Positions 1-12,300 of a stretch of 64,000 nt of DNA are shown piece by piece. This DNA comes from Ptychomitrium polyphyllum (taxonomy: Eukaryota), in NCBI GenBank assembly GCA_973851085.1, contig OZ316776.1, positions 5,394,001 through 5,458,000 of the forward strand. Direction: 5' to 3'. Each line of letters begins with the position of its first letter. Position 1 is the first letter of the stretch. Under the pieces are notes generated by a model. The model was not told the DNA's origin, did not search any database, and saw nothing but the letters and a program-made list of their open reading frames with translations. The translations under genes were made by a program, and so were the position numbers.

Positions 1-867
1 ACAGAAACTATGCGATGATGGTTGATATTCCAAGCTTGAGAAATGTGTATTCCACGAACCTCAAGTAAGTTTCCTTGGATATATCATTTCCAACAAAAGA
101 CTATTGATGGATCCAAAGAAGGTCATAGCAATCAACAACTACACAAAGCCAAAATTAGTGCATGATGTCAAATGCTTTATTGGATTTGTAAACTTCTATA
201 GGATCTTCATCAAGGACTATTTCTCATGCAATTAATATGCAAAGAAAAGCTTGAATGTGGATCCGATGCTCAAGATGCATTCCAAAGTTTGAAGCAAGCT
301 TTTACCATAGCTCCTATTCTGGTCCATCTGAACTTTTCAAAGTAATTTTATTTTGAAACTAATGCTTACGATTTTGCACTAGGAATAGTTTTGTCACAAA
401 TGGGAGAAAAAAAGAGACTCCATCCGGTTGTATTAAATTCCAGAAAAATTTCAATTGCAAAAGTCAACTATAAGATCTACAGCAAAGAACTCCTTGCAAT
501 TGTAGATTCCTTCTAAAAATGGCATTATTTGCTCAAAAGCGCTGCGCATCCAATTATTGTATATATAAATCACATGAATTTGGAACATTTCAAGTCAGTC
601 TATGTTTTGAATTGCCGCCAAGCTCTTTGGAGTATGTCTCTATTTTGAGTTGATTTTGCATCACATATCGACCTAGAAAATAGCAAGGATTATGAGATAC
701 TTTATCAAGGCACTCATATCTTGCACAATAGGAAAGAGAAGCAATACACAATCAACAACAAATAACTTTAATGACACCCGAACAATGTTGTATAAGCACA
801 ATCACGATTTCAACTTCAATGGATTCATCATTCTCTAATTAGATTTATATGACATTTACCTATGATA
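1..867 (+). mobile_element. Degenerate Ty3/gypsy pol fragment (end of reverse transcriptase + RNase H), with stops and frameshifts; truncated by window start and by the LTR at 868
   Basis: Manual translation gives gypsy motifs ...KLEKCVFHEPQVSFLGYIIS...MDPKKV...VKCFIGFVNFYRIFIKDY... and the RNase H block FETNAYDFALGIVLSQ...LHPV...SRK...NYKIYSKELLAIVDSF*KW, with in-frame stops. Confidence 0.9.
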
Positions 868-1378
868 TGTTAGGGACACAAGAAACAAGAAGCAAAAACA
901 AAGTGTTTCCCAAGAAATTAACTTCTAAAGAGCTAATAATTAACATGAACTTGATACAAAGACTTAAATAAGGTAGGATACAAGATGATCGACAATTTGT
1001 GTTGGCAAGACTAAAGAATACCTTGTCTTGCCTCCTATTTATACTATGACGCTTGTATTTCCTAGGATACTTCTAAAGAAGCTTTCAATAAGGCTTAAGA
1101 ATATTCTAGAAATCTAGGGAACCTTCCCAAGAAGTTTCCTAAGATGTTGGAACCTTCCTTGGAAACTTTCTAAAGTAATGGAACCTTATTAGGTAATTTC
1201 CTAAAGAAGTATAACCTTTCTAAAGAGTTTCATGAGTTGGTGGAACTGTCCTAAGAAATATTCTAAAAACATGGAAAAACTATGGAGACATTTAAAAATA
1301 TTCTAAGAAGCTACTATAGTATACCACAATGTTCTAGAATATTCTAAGGACTATGTTGCATGATCTATGTCCGTGACA
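868..1378 (-). repeat. LTR (3' LTR of the minus-strand element); contains an internal ~30-bp tandem repeat GGAACCTTCCTAAGAAGTTTCCTAAGATGTT-like
   Basis: TG...CA termini, direct-repeat partner at 2515-3023, and an adjacent PPT at 1379-1390. Confidence 0.9.
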
Positions 1379-1390
1379 TTACTTCCCCAT
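1379..1390 (-). promoter_or_regulatory. Polypurine tract (plus-strand priming site) of the LTR element
   Basis: The minus strand reads ATGGGGAAGTAA immediately before the LTR start TGTCACGG. Confidence 0.65.
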
Positions 1391-1571
1391 TTAGCAACGA
1401 GTTCCATGAAGAATTTTTTTCTTAGTTTGCTCGTCACATTTCCACAAATTTCAAAATTTGTTGAAGGAGTGAAGCAACATATTCTACTTGTTGTTCTTTA
1501 TTCACTGGTTCAACTGGTCCTTGTAAAAAACGTCGATGACCACCAGCTAAGACTTTTGTTGTTGAAATGTC

Positions 1572-2117
1572 CTATTCCAAGATCTGATCTTGATTAAGTC
1601 CTTCAAAACATCCTCCAAACAAGATCTTAGCTCCTCTAGGAGTGGCTCTTCCAATTCCTAACAAGATGACTAGAGTACAAGCATCTATATGAAGACAAAA
1701 ATGTGAAAGGTGCCTAGCCAATACTTCTGCACGAGGTAGTACTTGACATTGGATTGTCCCTCTCATATCTTGGCTTAAATCCTCCATTACTGAAGGCTGA
1801 GAAAGTTGAGTTGACTCAACAGATGCTGTTGTTGATGAAAGCATGGCCAACTGCTCTTCATGCATATCCATAATAACCTGACCAATTGACATACTAATTA
1901 GGATATAGAGATGATCTATTTTGGAAATAGTGTTGCATACAATTGGAGGCTTGGATATCTCTTCTTCCTTCTTATACTTGTCTATGAAGGAAAAACTTCT
2001 CTGTAAAGCTAACGGCTGCTGATGACACATCATCACTGACGTAATTTTTGAGGATATCTTTGATGAAATTCGCGTACCTGCTCGGATGCATTTGTTACAT
2101 TCCTTGAAGGTTCCCAT
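1572..2117 (-). CDS. Retroelement-internal ORF of unknown function between the chromodomain and the 3' LTR (181 codons; 5' part overlaps the chromodomain frame)
   Basis: From the ORF track. It is on the same strand as pol and stays open for 181 codons inside an otherwise decayed element. No recognisable motif. Confidence 0.3.
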   Translation of the reverse strand: MGTFKECNKCIRAGTRISSKISSKITSVMMCHQQPLALQRSFSFIDKYKKEEEISKPPIVCNTISKIDHLYILISMSIGQVIMDMHEEQLAMLSSTTASVESTQLSQPSVMEDLSQDMRGTIQCQVLPRAEVLARHLSHFCLHIDACTLVILLGIGRATPRGAKILFGGCFEGLNQDQILE

Positions 2118-2514
2118 GTTTGGTCATTGATGCCATATCCTTGCCAATGAATAAAATACTCCACACGTCCATTCTTGATGCGTGAATCTAAGATCTCTTC
2201 CATTTCATACTCCATTTCATTATTGATTTCCAGCGGAAGAGGTAGAGGAACAATTTTCTTTGATATACATGACTTGTTATAAGTTTCCAACATGGATACG
2301 TAGAACATTAGATGTATTTGCATGCTTAGTAGTAGTTTTAGGTAATAACTGACCGGAATTATTTGTTTGCTGATTTCAAACGGTCCCAACCTTTGATAAT
2401 CCAATCTCTTTGCTCGTCTTTTTGTTAGTATATTTTGTCGTAGAAGCCATACACTATCTCCAACCTTGAACTTTGGATGGTCCTTCCAATGACGATCTGT
2501 ATAAGATTTGTAAT
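2033..2514 (-). pseudogene. Integrase C-terminal (GPY/F) region + chromodomain of a gypsy pol, 5'-truncated by the LTR at 2515
   Basis: YKSYTDRHWKDHPKFKVGDSVWL...KRLDYQRLGPFEI...IHLMFYVSML and chromodomain EYEMEEILDSRIKNGRVEYFIHWQGYGINDQTWEP...VREFHQRYP. Confidence 0.92.
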
Positions 2515-3023
2515 TGTTAAGGACACAAGAAACAAGAAGCAAAAACAAAGTGTTTCCCAAGAATTAGCTTCCAAAGAGCTAATAATTAACAAGAACTTGA
2601 TACAAAGACTAGAACAAGGCAGGATTCAAAATGATCCACAATTTGTGTTGGCAAAACTAAAGAATACCTTGTCTTGCCTCGTATTCATACTATGACGCTT
2701 GTATCTCCTAGGGTACTTCTAAAGAAGCTTCCTACAAGGCTTAAGAATGTTCTGGAAGTCTAGGGAACCTTCCTAAGAAGTTTCCTAAGATGTTGGAACC
2801 TTCCTAAGAAACTTCCAAAGAGTTGGAACCTTCCTTGGAAGTTTCCTAAGGTAGCAGAACCTTCCTAAGAAGTTTCCTAAAATGATGGAACTTTCTTAAG
2901 AAGCTTCCTAAGACCATGGAATGATTATGGAGACATCTAAAAGTATTCTAAGAAGCTATTATAATATACTAGAAGGTTCTAGAATGTTTTAAGGACTATG
3001 TTGCATGATCTATGTCCGTGACA
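2515..3023 (-). repeat. LTR (second copy, same orientation as 868-1378)
   Basis: TGTTAAGGACACAAG...TATGTCCGTGACA. It aligns end-to-end with 868-1378, at roughly 85-90% identity by eye. Confidence 0.9.
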
Positions 3024-5342
3024 GTAGGATATAAATTAATGATGCAAAATACATATGAGATCACCATCCAACCATCAAGAATTCAATAAAAACAAGTTTC
3101 TTGAGAAAGAGCCTCACCTCTAAATTCTTATATTGGAAGTATATGGTTTAATGTAATGGATTTTTTATTACAAATATACTAACAATTAGTAGTTTAATCT
3201 AGAAGGCAAAATCTATTGCACATGTAGAATTTAACTTATTAAGCCACACAATAAGCTTGATAGATTATGACAACCACAATGGCTTTTTAATCTATGATAA
3301 CTATTCAATTATATGTTGACTATTATTCAATATATATGGCTATTACTAATCAACCAACAATGTAGGTGATATCATTATGCCCCATGGAAATCACACTTAT
3401 ATATTAACGTTTTTAACAAAGATAATAATTTTGAGTTGTTTTTGCCATAAAATATACTTCAAGTTTGAAGTTTAAATTCTAACAAAAATACAAGTGAATT
3501 TGTTGAATTGGAATTTGAGCCCTTTTAATGGAATATACAATTATCATTCTTTAAAAACATCACTTCAAATTAAAAAAATTATAAATAGATAATTTAAGTA
3601 TTTTTTGAAATATTTAACATTATGTAATCAAAATATCAATCCTACAAATGCATGTAAATACACATGCTTCTATTACAAGATACTTGCATAGTAATTCTAT
3701 CTCCAAAAAAACTTCCACAAAGTCTATAGAAATATTACTTACTTAAAATCCACAGAAAACTAATTTTTTTTTCAATATTTGCAACTTATAAGTTTATTAA
3801 AATAAACTATAAACAAAAGATGTTAGCACAATATAGCCTCCATATATTTTGAGTTTTACCTTTATAAAATCAATTTTTGGAATTTTGAGAATAAAAACAT
3901 AATTACATAAAATTTTGAACTAATTAATAAAAAATTGACTATAATATTAAATTATATTATAAAAAGGCAGGTCGTTTAGATTATTTTAGAATTTGATAAT
4001 TACTATTTATTAACTTAAATGTTTGATTCTACAGTATTTTCTGTATAATTGCACTAATCAAAGATTGAATTCACAACTTAAAGAAAAGGTTCAGAATAAC
4101 ATTTGATTATGAAGAAATGGACTATTTTCAAAACCAAATTTAGAATTCAGTTTTTTGAATTTATCTTTTTGAATGTTTTATCCATATATAAAGTTCTTTT
4201 AAATGGAGTTGAATAAAATCATGTCTAATATTTAATTTTCTATAACCAACTTAGAAGAAATTATAAGTTATTACTGTATTAAAAGTAAACAATTTTGTTT
4301 TTGTAATTATTGCTTTTGGATCCAATAATTTTCAAGCTAATAATAATAATATAATTTAAATTATAAAATTTACAAACATCTGGGTTTTTAGTATATATAT
4401 TGTTGAAGTATTTAATGACAAATAAAGAATTATAAAAGAATTTAGGATAAATAAGATAAATATTAGATTTTGAATCACATTGCCACACAACATTTGTTTG
4501 ATGACTATGAAATGGATGTAGAAATAGTTGACAAATAACATCAAAGAAGTGAATATATTTCAAAAAAAGTTATTATTCAATTAATAACAATTCATTGACA
4601 TGAAATAACATTACATAACAAGATTGATAGTGTTGACACATAGATTATGTTTAGATGATTTGATTTAACATCATCCTTATTAATATATTTATATTAAATT
4701 TTAAGTGATTTTCTTCTACATTCAATTATTAATAATCTATGTATGCATTTTTATTGAATGTTCTTTAAGATAATTAAAATATTATAAAACTTAAAATAAA
4801 AAACTTAAATAGATGAAGGTTACAATTAAATATGATTAAAAATTGTTTGAATACATTCATAATTCAAATTTTAGATCTTGTAATTTTAAACACATAGTCT
4901 TTCTTATATTTATATTCCAGTCTCTAAAAAATAAATTAGCTTGCAGGCTTTTGAACCAAAAAAACATTTAAGTAGCATATATAAAAATTACAAATGATTT
5001 GTGTATAGGGGCAAAATTTAAAAAGTTCACATTTTTTTTTAAACTTCAAATTATTTTTATAAATCACTATTTAACAACATTTGTCATTATCCATGGTTGT
5101 TTATAGGATACTAAGTTCTTAAATTCTACTAAATACTTATGCTACTCATTATGAATTATTGTGAGCTTTGTAGATAATCAAAACATAAACTGATGTTTTT
5201 CAAAGTTATATTCATGATGCTTATTTCTATTTTGAAAAACATGTCATTTTTACATATAAATCAATAGTTTTACCAAAATGATATAACTGTGAAATAAACA
5301 TATGTTCATTTACATATGTTGGCGCCTAAAAAAAAGAAACTC

Positions 5343-5880
5343 TTAACCCAATCCTAATGTGGATGGATTTGTGTTTCCATTGCCTAGCTTGGCCTCACTG
5401 CGCCCTCTTGCGGTGGATTGCGTGGATTCAGAAGCAATTGGAGCCTTATGGCATCCATTGTATATACTTTTGCCATTGAATAGTTTGTTCTTTTGACTAA
5501 GCTCTGGTCCATTCTCTAGCTCCAAAAGTAGACCCCCCAGTTGCGATGCAAAGTTCCTCCTCTATTGGATAGAGCATTTGCACCTCCTCTAGGCCTAGCA
5601 ACAGGGGGCTGCAATTACACTTGTGCTTGCGCTTGTCCTCACAGTTGCAGCTATATGTTGTAGGTGACCATGGCATCTACAACAAGTCCTTTACTTGTTA
5701 ACTCCTGTGAACCATTCTTCTACCCACTCCCATGCCCTGCAGCACGAACACATCAATGAGTACCATAACAAGTGACAGCAATGCTAGCACCTACTCACAA
5801 ATTGGCATGTTTAACACCAGATTGTTTGCTGAGGCTGCCTTCGGCTATGCAAATAATCAATTGCACACCAGATATGTGTT
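5343..5880 (-). pseudogene. Possible decayed host-gene fragment (GC-richer island with an intron-like segment 5798-5737)
   Basis: GC content rises locally. The minus strand has a 62-nt GTGAGT...GTGCTGCAG segment followed by coding-like sequence with stops. Family not recognised. Confidence 0.3.
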
Positions 5881-8553
5881 TGGACAAGAATATATTAATT
5901 CTTTAAAAGTAAAACGAAGCATGTGATTAATTATGATTTAATCATGTCATAGAATATGATTTGTTCAAAACATTGATTGAGTCTCTCAGTTGGCATCTAA
6001 ACCAATTCAATTATTGAAGACAACTATAGAAATATATGGTTTGCAATGTGTAATGCAACAACAAACTTAAAAGTAGAATGACATTGCTAATTTGAAAAGA
6101 TGATCAAGATATTGAGTAAAAATTAGTCTTGAAAAATTAGTCTAATTGAATGTATGCATTTATTTTATACTCAAATGTTTTCTATTTACAAGAATGTATG
6201 CATATATGGTGGTGAAAAACTTCTTAGATGAAGAGAACATCATATAACCTATATGAAGTGCAAAATACAATATCTTTGCATGCACATTTACTTGTGGTTG
6301 CACAAAGATAATGTGGATGGAGTAACAAATGACATAATGGCATACATTCCAACCAAATATGATGATATAAAAAGAAAGTTCATTGAAATTTTGATTCAAT
6401 AAAAAATAACTTGTAAAAATTGGTTGCATATATACAAAAATACATTTGTAAATATAATAAGTGTTATAATAATGACAAATGATATAACTATGATTTTTCA
6501 TTTATAATAAATGATTCAATAAGAATTAGAATGAACTTGCATACAAATAAGTGGAAATACTTTTTAATCAAGGCATTGTAATAGGAGACGATTCCATACC
6601 TTCTTGGTAATTTAAAATGCCTATCTATGTAATCATCAAATGACATCATTATCTTGGTCCTTCTATTTAATAAAAAAGTGTTATAAAAAACAGGCCATAT
6701 GGGACTTTAAAGTAGATTCTATCAATGCAAAGAAGTTGAATCTTGGAAATTATTTAATATTAAACTAAAAATTATTTTGACCATAATTTTAGCTACATTG
6801 GTGATTGTAAATAAAGCCCCTTGAATTTGTTTAAAGAATTTTATTGTAAAGAAAAGTACTCACTTAATATATTCATTCAAAACCCTATGTAATTTGTACA
6901 TAATATACAACCAAAGCACAAAACATTGTTATGCATCAAATAAATATTTGTAAATGGAAGTTGTTCTATTTTAAAACATCTATATTTCTAACAATTATTA
7001 TAAAATTTGAAATTGATTGTAAGTTATTATTTTATAACATATCATTGCATATGTGAACTTTCAAAAGGAAGATTACTTATTATTAGTTAATGAATTATAA
7101 GCTCTTATAGTATTTGATGCAAATCTTCTAAAAAATTTTGATCCACTACAAAATTATATTCTTGAATGTTCTCAAAGTAATTCATATGATAAATTTTCTA
7201 AAAAGCATTTATTAAATAAATTATTACTGAAGCAAACTCATTTGAATCCAAATTATATTGGAAATGTTATAACTTATTATGAATACAATTATATTTAGAA
7301 GCAGATACAAATTGCTTTAATAAAAAATTCATAATTGATCAAAAAATAATATTTTTATATTTGGCAATTTAAACAAAATAACTAGCAGAAGTCATTTTCA
7401 AAAAAAGATCTTTGATAATAACAAGATTTTTTTTTTTAGACAAGGTTCAAATAGAAAAATGACATAGATGATGTGACAAAAGTCAAATTCATAAAATATG
7501 TGTCTAAAGGTTTATTAGGAATGTAATTGGATTAATAAAGTTAAAAGCAAGTTACATTCCATATGCAAGAAGTAAAAGAAATTCATCAAGTAAAAGAAAT
7601 TTATCACCCTTATACACATTAAGATTTGTGAAAGTGTGTGGTATGTAATTTTTGGAATTTTGAAGTTATTATGTCATTAATTTGAAAAATAATGATACAT
7701 TTTTGGCGCATCTATTGATGTAGTGTTATTTTAAATTTTAATTGAATTTATAGCACGTAAGCATCCATTAATTATGGAATGTACACAATTAATGATGAAT
7801 GAAGTTTATTTACAATTCCATAATTATGTATTCATTAAAATGTAATTTGAAGTGAATCTACAATTTTAATAGAGCCTTAATCTTTAAATGTCATAATCCA
7901 TTCCTTGGTACTTGAAGATTCTTGCACTTTATTATTTTTGGATTTGGAATTTATAATTTACTATAAAAGGTTTATTCAAAATTGTCACCTAACCTAAAAC
8001 CTTCATTGCATCTCAAACCAAGGTTACGTACAATTATTATACATTCAAATATTTGAAATCCACATATTATATAAATAATGTTGTATTGGAATTTGCACAT
8101 GTCCAATTTCAACTATGGAAGTTGCTTTTTTTGCCTTCACTTGTCTATGGATGTGTTACTTAAGCTTTTGAATTATGGCAATATATTTATATAAGCCAAT
8201 TTTGAAATTCAACTATAATCACATTTTTGCACTTTTTAATTTTGATACATGTATTAGATGATTTGTTTGTAATCCAATAAGGAAGACAATTTTAAATAAA
8301 AGGTATGGCAATGGAATTTTTTGAAGTTAAATCTTTTGGAAGATAAGGAGTTCTAAAAGAAGAAGGATCATACGAACAAAAGAAGAAATTGGTTTTGTTA
8401 AATAATATGTTTCCAATGTAGATGCCTTAATTTCAAGAAAATTTGATAGCAGTGGTGATTTAAATAGAAATTTGAGGTTATGTGGTACAAATAGATAATT
8501 GAATGAGTATCAATATATTGTAACAACTTTCAATATGTTGTAGAATGATGTAA

Positions 8554-8841
8554 TGTTATGGACAAACATCACACAATATATTCTTATGAGACCTTCTAAT
8601 AGCTTCATAATAGCTTTTATAACCTTCCTCCTCTATTATGAAATTTCTTACAAAGGTTCCATTAACTTCCAAAATATTCTACAACTTTATAAAAAAAAAA
8701 TTGGAATTATCTTAAGAAGCATAGACTTTATGGTATAACTTAGGAGCAAGATGAAGTATGTCTTAGTTTTAATAGTACAAGTTGAAGAGCAGAACTATAA
8801 TATTGCTGTATTTTTAGTTCTTTGCATCAATCCTTATTACA
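8554..8841 (+). repeat. Highly degenerate LTR related to the 868-1378 family, in opposite orientation
   Basis: It begins TGTTATGGACAAACATCACACAATATATTCTT, versus TGTCACGGACATAGATCATGCAACATAGTCCTT at the family LTR start. Internal GGAGCAAGATGAAGTATGTCTTAGTTTT resembles the family's GAGGCAAGACAAGGTATTCTTTAGTTTT. Confidence 0.55.
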
Positions 8842-8940
8842 AATATAACCCTTTGGAGGCTAATTGTTGAAACCAATTTTTATTTGACTCCTTATTTCAT
8901 ATGACTTTACTACATAAAAATGCATTTTGCATGCTATAAG

Positions 8941-9343
8941 TGTTACAAATGGAAATACAAGACAAAGATTCAAAAGAGAGATGTAGAATAGTTAGATTTT
9001 ATGTCAAAAACTAGAAGTCACAACAAATTACAAGGCGAGAAGGTTTGAGTTAGACTACAAAAGATTCATTGTTGAAATTGAAAATTCCTTCAACCTTAAT
9101 TTCTATAATTATTATAGATCTAAAATCCTTTGGAAGCTTCTTAGGAAGCTACCAATATAATGTTTTGTACTAAAACAACCTCAAATTGCTTCTTTGGAAG
9201 CACCTTTAATTTGTTGGAACTGTTTAAAACCAAGGTAATTTCTTTAACAACTTCTTGGAGACTCTTAGACCTTCTAAAAACCTTCTTAAACCTCTTTAGA
9301 TCTTCTTGGTCCTCTTAGAAGCTTCTAAAATATATTGGTGACA
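8941..9343. repeat. Probable degenerate solo LTR
   Basis: Termini TGTTAC...GTGACA (near-inverted), with internal GAAGCTTCTTAGGAAG / CCTTCTTA repeats like the LTRs at 868 and 2515. No clean TSD. Confidence 0.4.
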
Positions 9344-12300
9344 TTGAATGCACTTGTTTCATAGTTGTCAATCTCATTGTTTTACATCCTATGGATCATT
9401 TTTGCAAGGATATGCATTAGGTCTTACAGTTATACTATGTTGTAGTGCATTGATGAACTTGGTGACTTTGGATTTTGCAAGCTTGGAAGTTGATGCATGG
9501 TTCTAGAAAGTTAGTGCAGCTTTAAGCTTTTATCAAAGGGCACAAAAAGATGCGGCAAACAAATAGGACAATGAAGGACACGGAGGCACTAGTTTGTGTC
9601 TAGAGCAGATCACAACACATTGACGTTAGAGGAAGTTTTGACATTACACCATCCTAGTGGAATGGGTTGCTTGTCTCAGACATGGGTGTTTGAAGGTTCT
9701 TTAGCCTTATTCACTGGAATTCCTTGATCATCTTTGTATTAATGACTAGGTCAGGTCAGTCTGTTTCTTTATGAGTTTCTTTACTATTATAGAAGGAGGT
9801 GATCAAGATACTTGCATTTTTTAGGAGTTGGAATCAGGATTTAAGGCTCATACCTCCACAATGTAGATTTTTGTACTCATGCAGTTTTTGCAAGTTCTTT
9901 TTGAATGTTTTATGAATCTAGGTATTAATTCTTTAAAAGTTGATTAACTTGAATTTGTTTGTATTTTAATGAATTGTTACCTATAAATCATATTGATATG
10001 AAGACAAGATTTCATTAACACAAATGAATTTTACCTATTAAGGTTTGAACACATAATTTTGCTAATGATAAACTAAAGAAAGTTACATATGTGATAAATT
10101 TTTTTGCCAAGATTCAAATTCGGTTTTTAAAATATAAAGTAATATTTTAATTTAAATGTACAATATTAGTAAAGTATATGTCAACAGGTTATTTATTGCA
10201 AGTTCATTGATCTTTCATGAATTAACATACCAATCTTGAGATGATTTTAGAACATTAAACGGTTGAATGGATTAAGGTATTTGGCAAATGAAAAGGAAAA
10301 CAATGAAAAATTATAGAAATTGCAATGAAAATTATTAGCAAGATAGACATGCTATTCTTAATCCTATTAATAATGTTTAACTTAACTATCCCTTTGATCA
10401 ATTATGTTGTAAAGAACTTCGATTCTATGGCTTTATAAATGTGATGCTCACTTAACTTTCATTTTGTTGAAATGATTTAGAAAGAAAGTATAATTTAATT
10501 CAATAGAGTTGCTTGTGTCTTGGAGAGGTTGAAAATTAGTGTATGCCTAAAATTTAAATTCAAAGAATGAATATTTTTAATACATCTAAAAGAATGAAGT
10601 TCTATATTTAAGACTAGGAACTTAAATTATAAATTTACAACTATACATGCAATTATTAACATCCTTTGATTTGGTCCTTTGAATTGCAAAAGATATTTAG
10701 TATAAGAAATCAAATACACACTTCTATAATAGAATTTCACAATTGTAATTGGAAGCAAAGGTATTATTAAATTTAAATTGCTTGCTTAAAAAGTCATTAA
10801 ATAAAAGATTAATATTGCTTTGTAACTTAGTGGCAAACTAGGAGAAGGAAATAAAATTTTGGTTAACATGACTTGTTGCAATTATTGTGCTAGATGGTGT
10901 CTTTCAATAGATTTCTTGTTTTATAAGTATTTTTAATCTGTGTGTTGTTGTGTTGTTTAGTGTCATCTTCCAGCTATAGGCATTTCTATATGATCTTGCT
11001 TATGCATCCATATTTTTTAAATCATATTGAATTGACAGTTTTAGTGCAAAATCTTTAAGTATTTTAATGAAAAGCCATTTTAAACTTCTGATTCCTCATT
11101 TAAGTTATTATTTTTAATATTTTTACTAATTAATTTATTAATAAGATTAAAAACTTGAGCATTCAAAGGAAAAAAAGTAAAAGCCTTTTAAATCTTTTGG
11201 TTTTTTGTATTATTACTTGTTTATTAAAAAAAATCATGTGTATTATTTATAAACATGTGTTTAAGAAGTGTTATTGAAGGCATACAAATGCATTATTACT
11301 TTAGAAAAAATGGAACTATAATAATTGGAAAAAGTAGCATTTTTTTGAATTTTTTTAATTCAAATCATATTATTTATTTCAAAAAAACAAAATACAATGT
11401 GTAGATTGAAGCTTAATATATTAAGAGGCCTATAATATACAAATAGGTTCAATAAATATTGACTTTTAAGATATGTTAAAGTAATTGCTGCTCATTGAAT
11501 TATACATAAGTACTTATAATTACATACATTTGAATGCATGCAAATAAGTACAATGTTTTATGATTTAATAAAATAAATTTTATTTTTTAATTTAAATTAA
11601 AGCCGTAGAATATTAGAGAGTTAAAACTTCTTTTCTAAGAAGAGCATACAAAATGCCCACAAATATAATAGGATCTTATATTTGATTATAGAATTGTACC
11701 TCATACAAGAATTCTATGATTTATCAATGAATGGTCTATTTGCTATTGACTTTTTAGTATAATAGAAGCTATAAAGTGCATTTTTTTTAATGTTTTCTAA
11801 AGGTAGAATGGATCATAAAGTAATTGCAAACATAAAAGATTGTAGATTATTTTAAAAACCGTATGAGGTCATAGGATAAGTAGAATATTCAAGTAAAATA
11901 TCTAAAATCTACACTTAATGTATTATGTATTTTAAAACATGTTTTGATAAATACATTCATACCATGGTATTCATGGAATTCAACAAAAAATTGATTTCAA
12001 CAAATTATGTCAAATTTATAAAATTTGAGAATATAAGATATACAAAACCAAAAGATATAAAAAATTATGGTTCTTGAAAAATGTAATTTGATTTCTCAAC
12101 ATAATGTCAAAAATTTCTATGACAAAGTTCAACCATCTTTTGCACATATAAAAAATCCTTTTAAAATCACGGTATAAAGAATTTATGTCTAAAATAGTTT
12201 GGTATCTATTGCAATTTTGGTTACTTGAATTTCTACAATACATACATTACAAAGACATTCTCTGATGTAAATTAAATATCCATTAATGTGAAAATTTTCA

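Larger units (their letters stand above)
868..3023 (-). mobile_element. Chromovirus-type (Ty3/gypsy) LTR retrotransposon derivative: LTR / integrase C-terminus + chromodomain / extra ORF / PPT / LTR; lacks gag, RT and PBS
   Basis: There are two ~510-bp direct repeats (868-1378 and 2515-3023), each TGTTA...GTGACA. A purine tract (minus strand ATGGGGAAGTAA) abuts the 868-1378 copy, and a minus-strand integrase/chromodomain ORF lies between the two repeats. Confidence 0.85.

Noticed and set aside
1115..1270. Regularly spaced ~30-bp repeats (also 2763-2915) superficially like a CRISPR array
   Set aside because: They are tandem sub-repeats within LTRs with no unique spacers, in a eukaryotic context with no cas genes.
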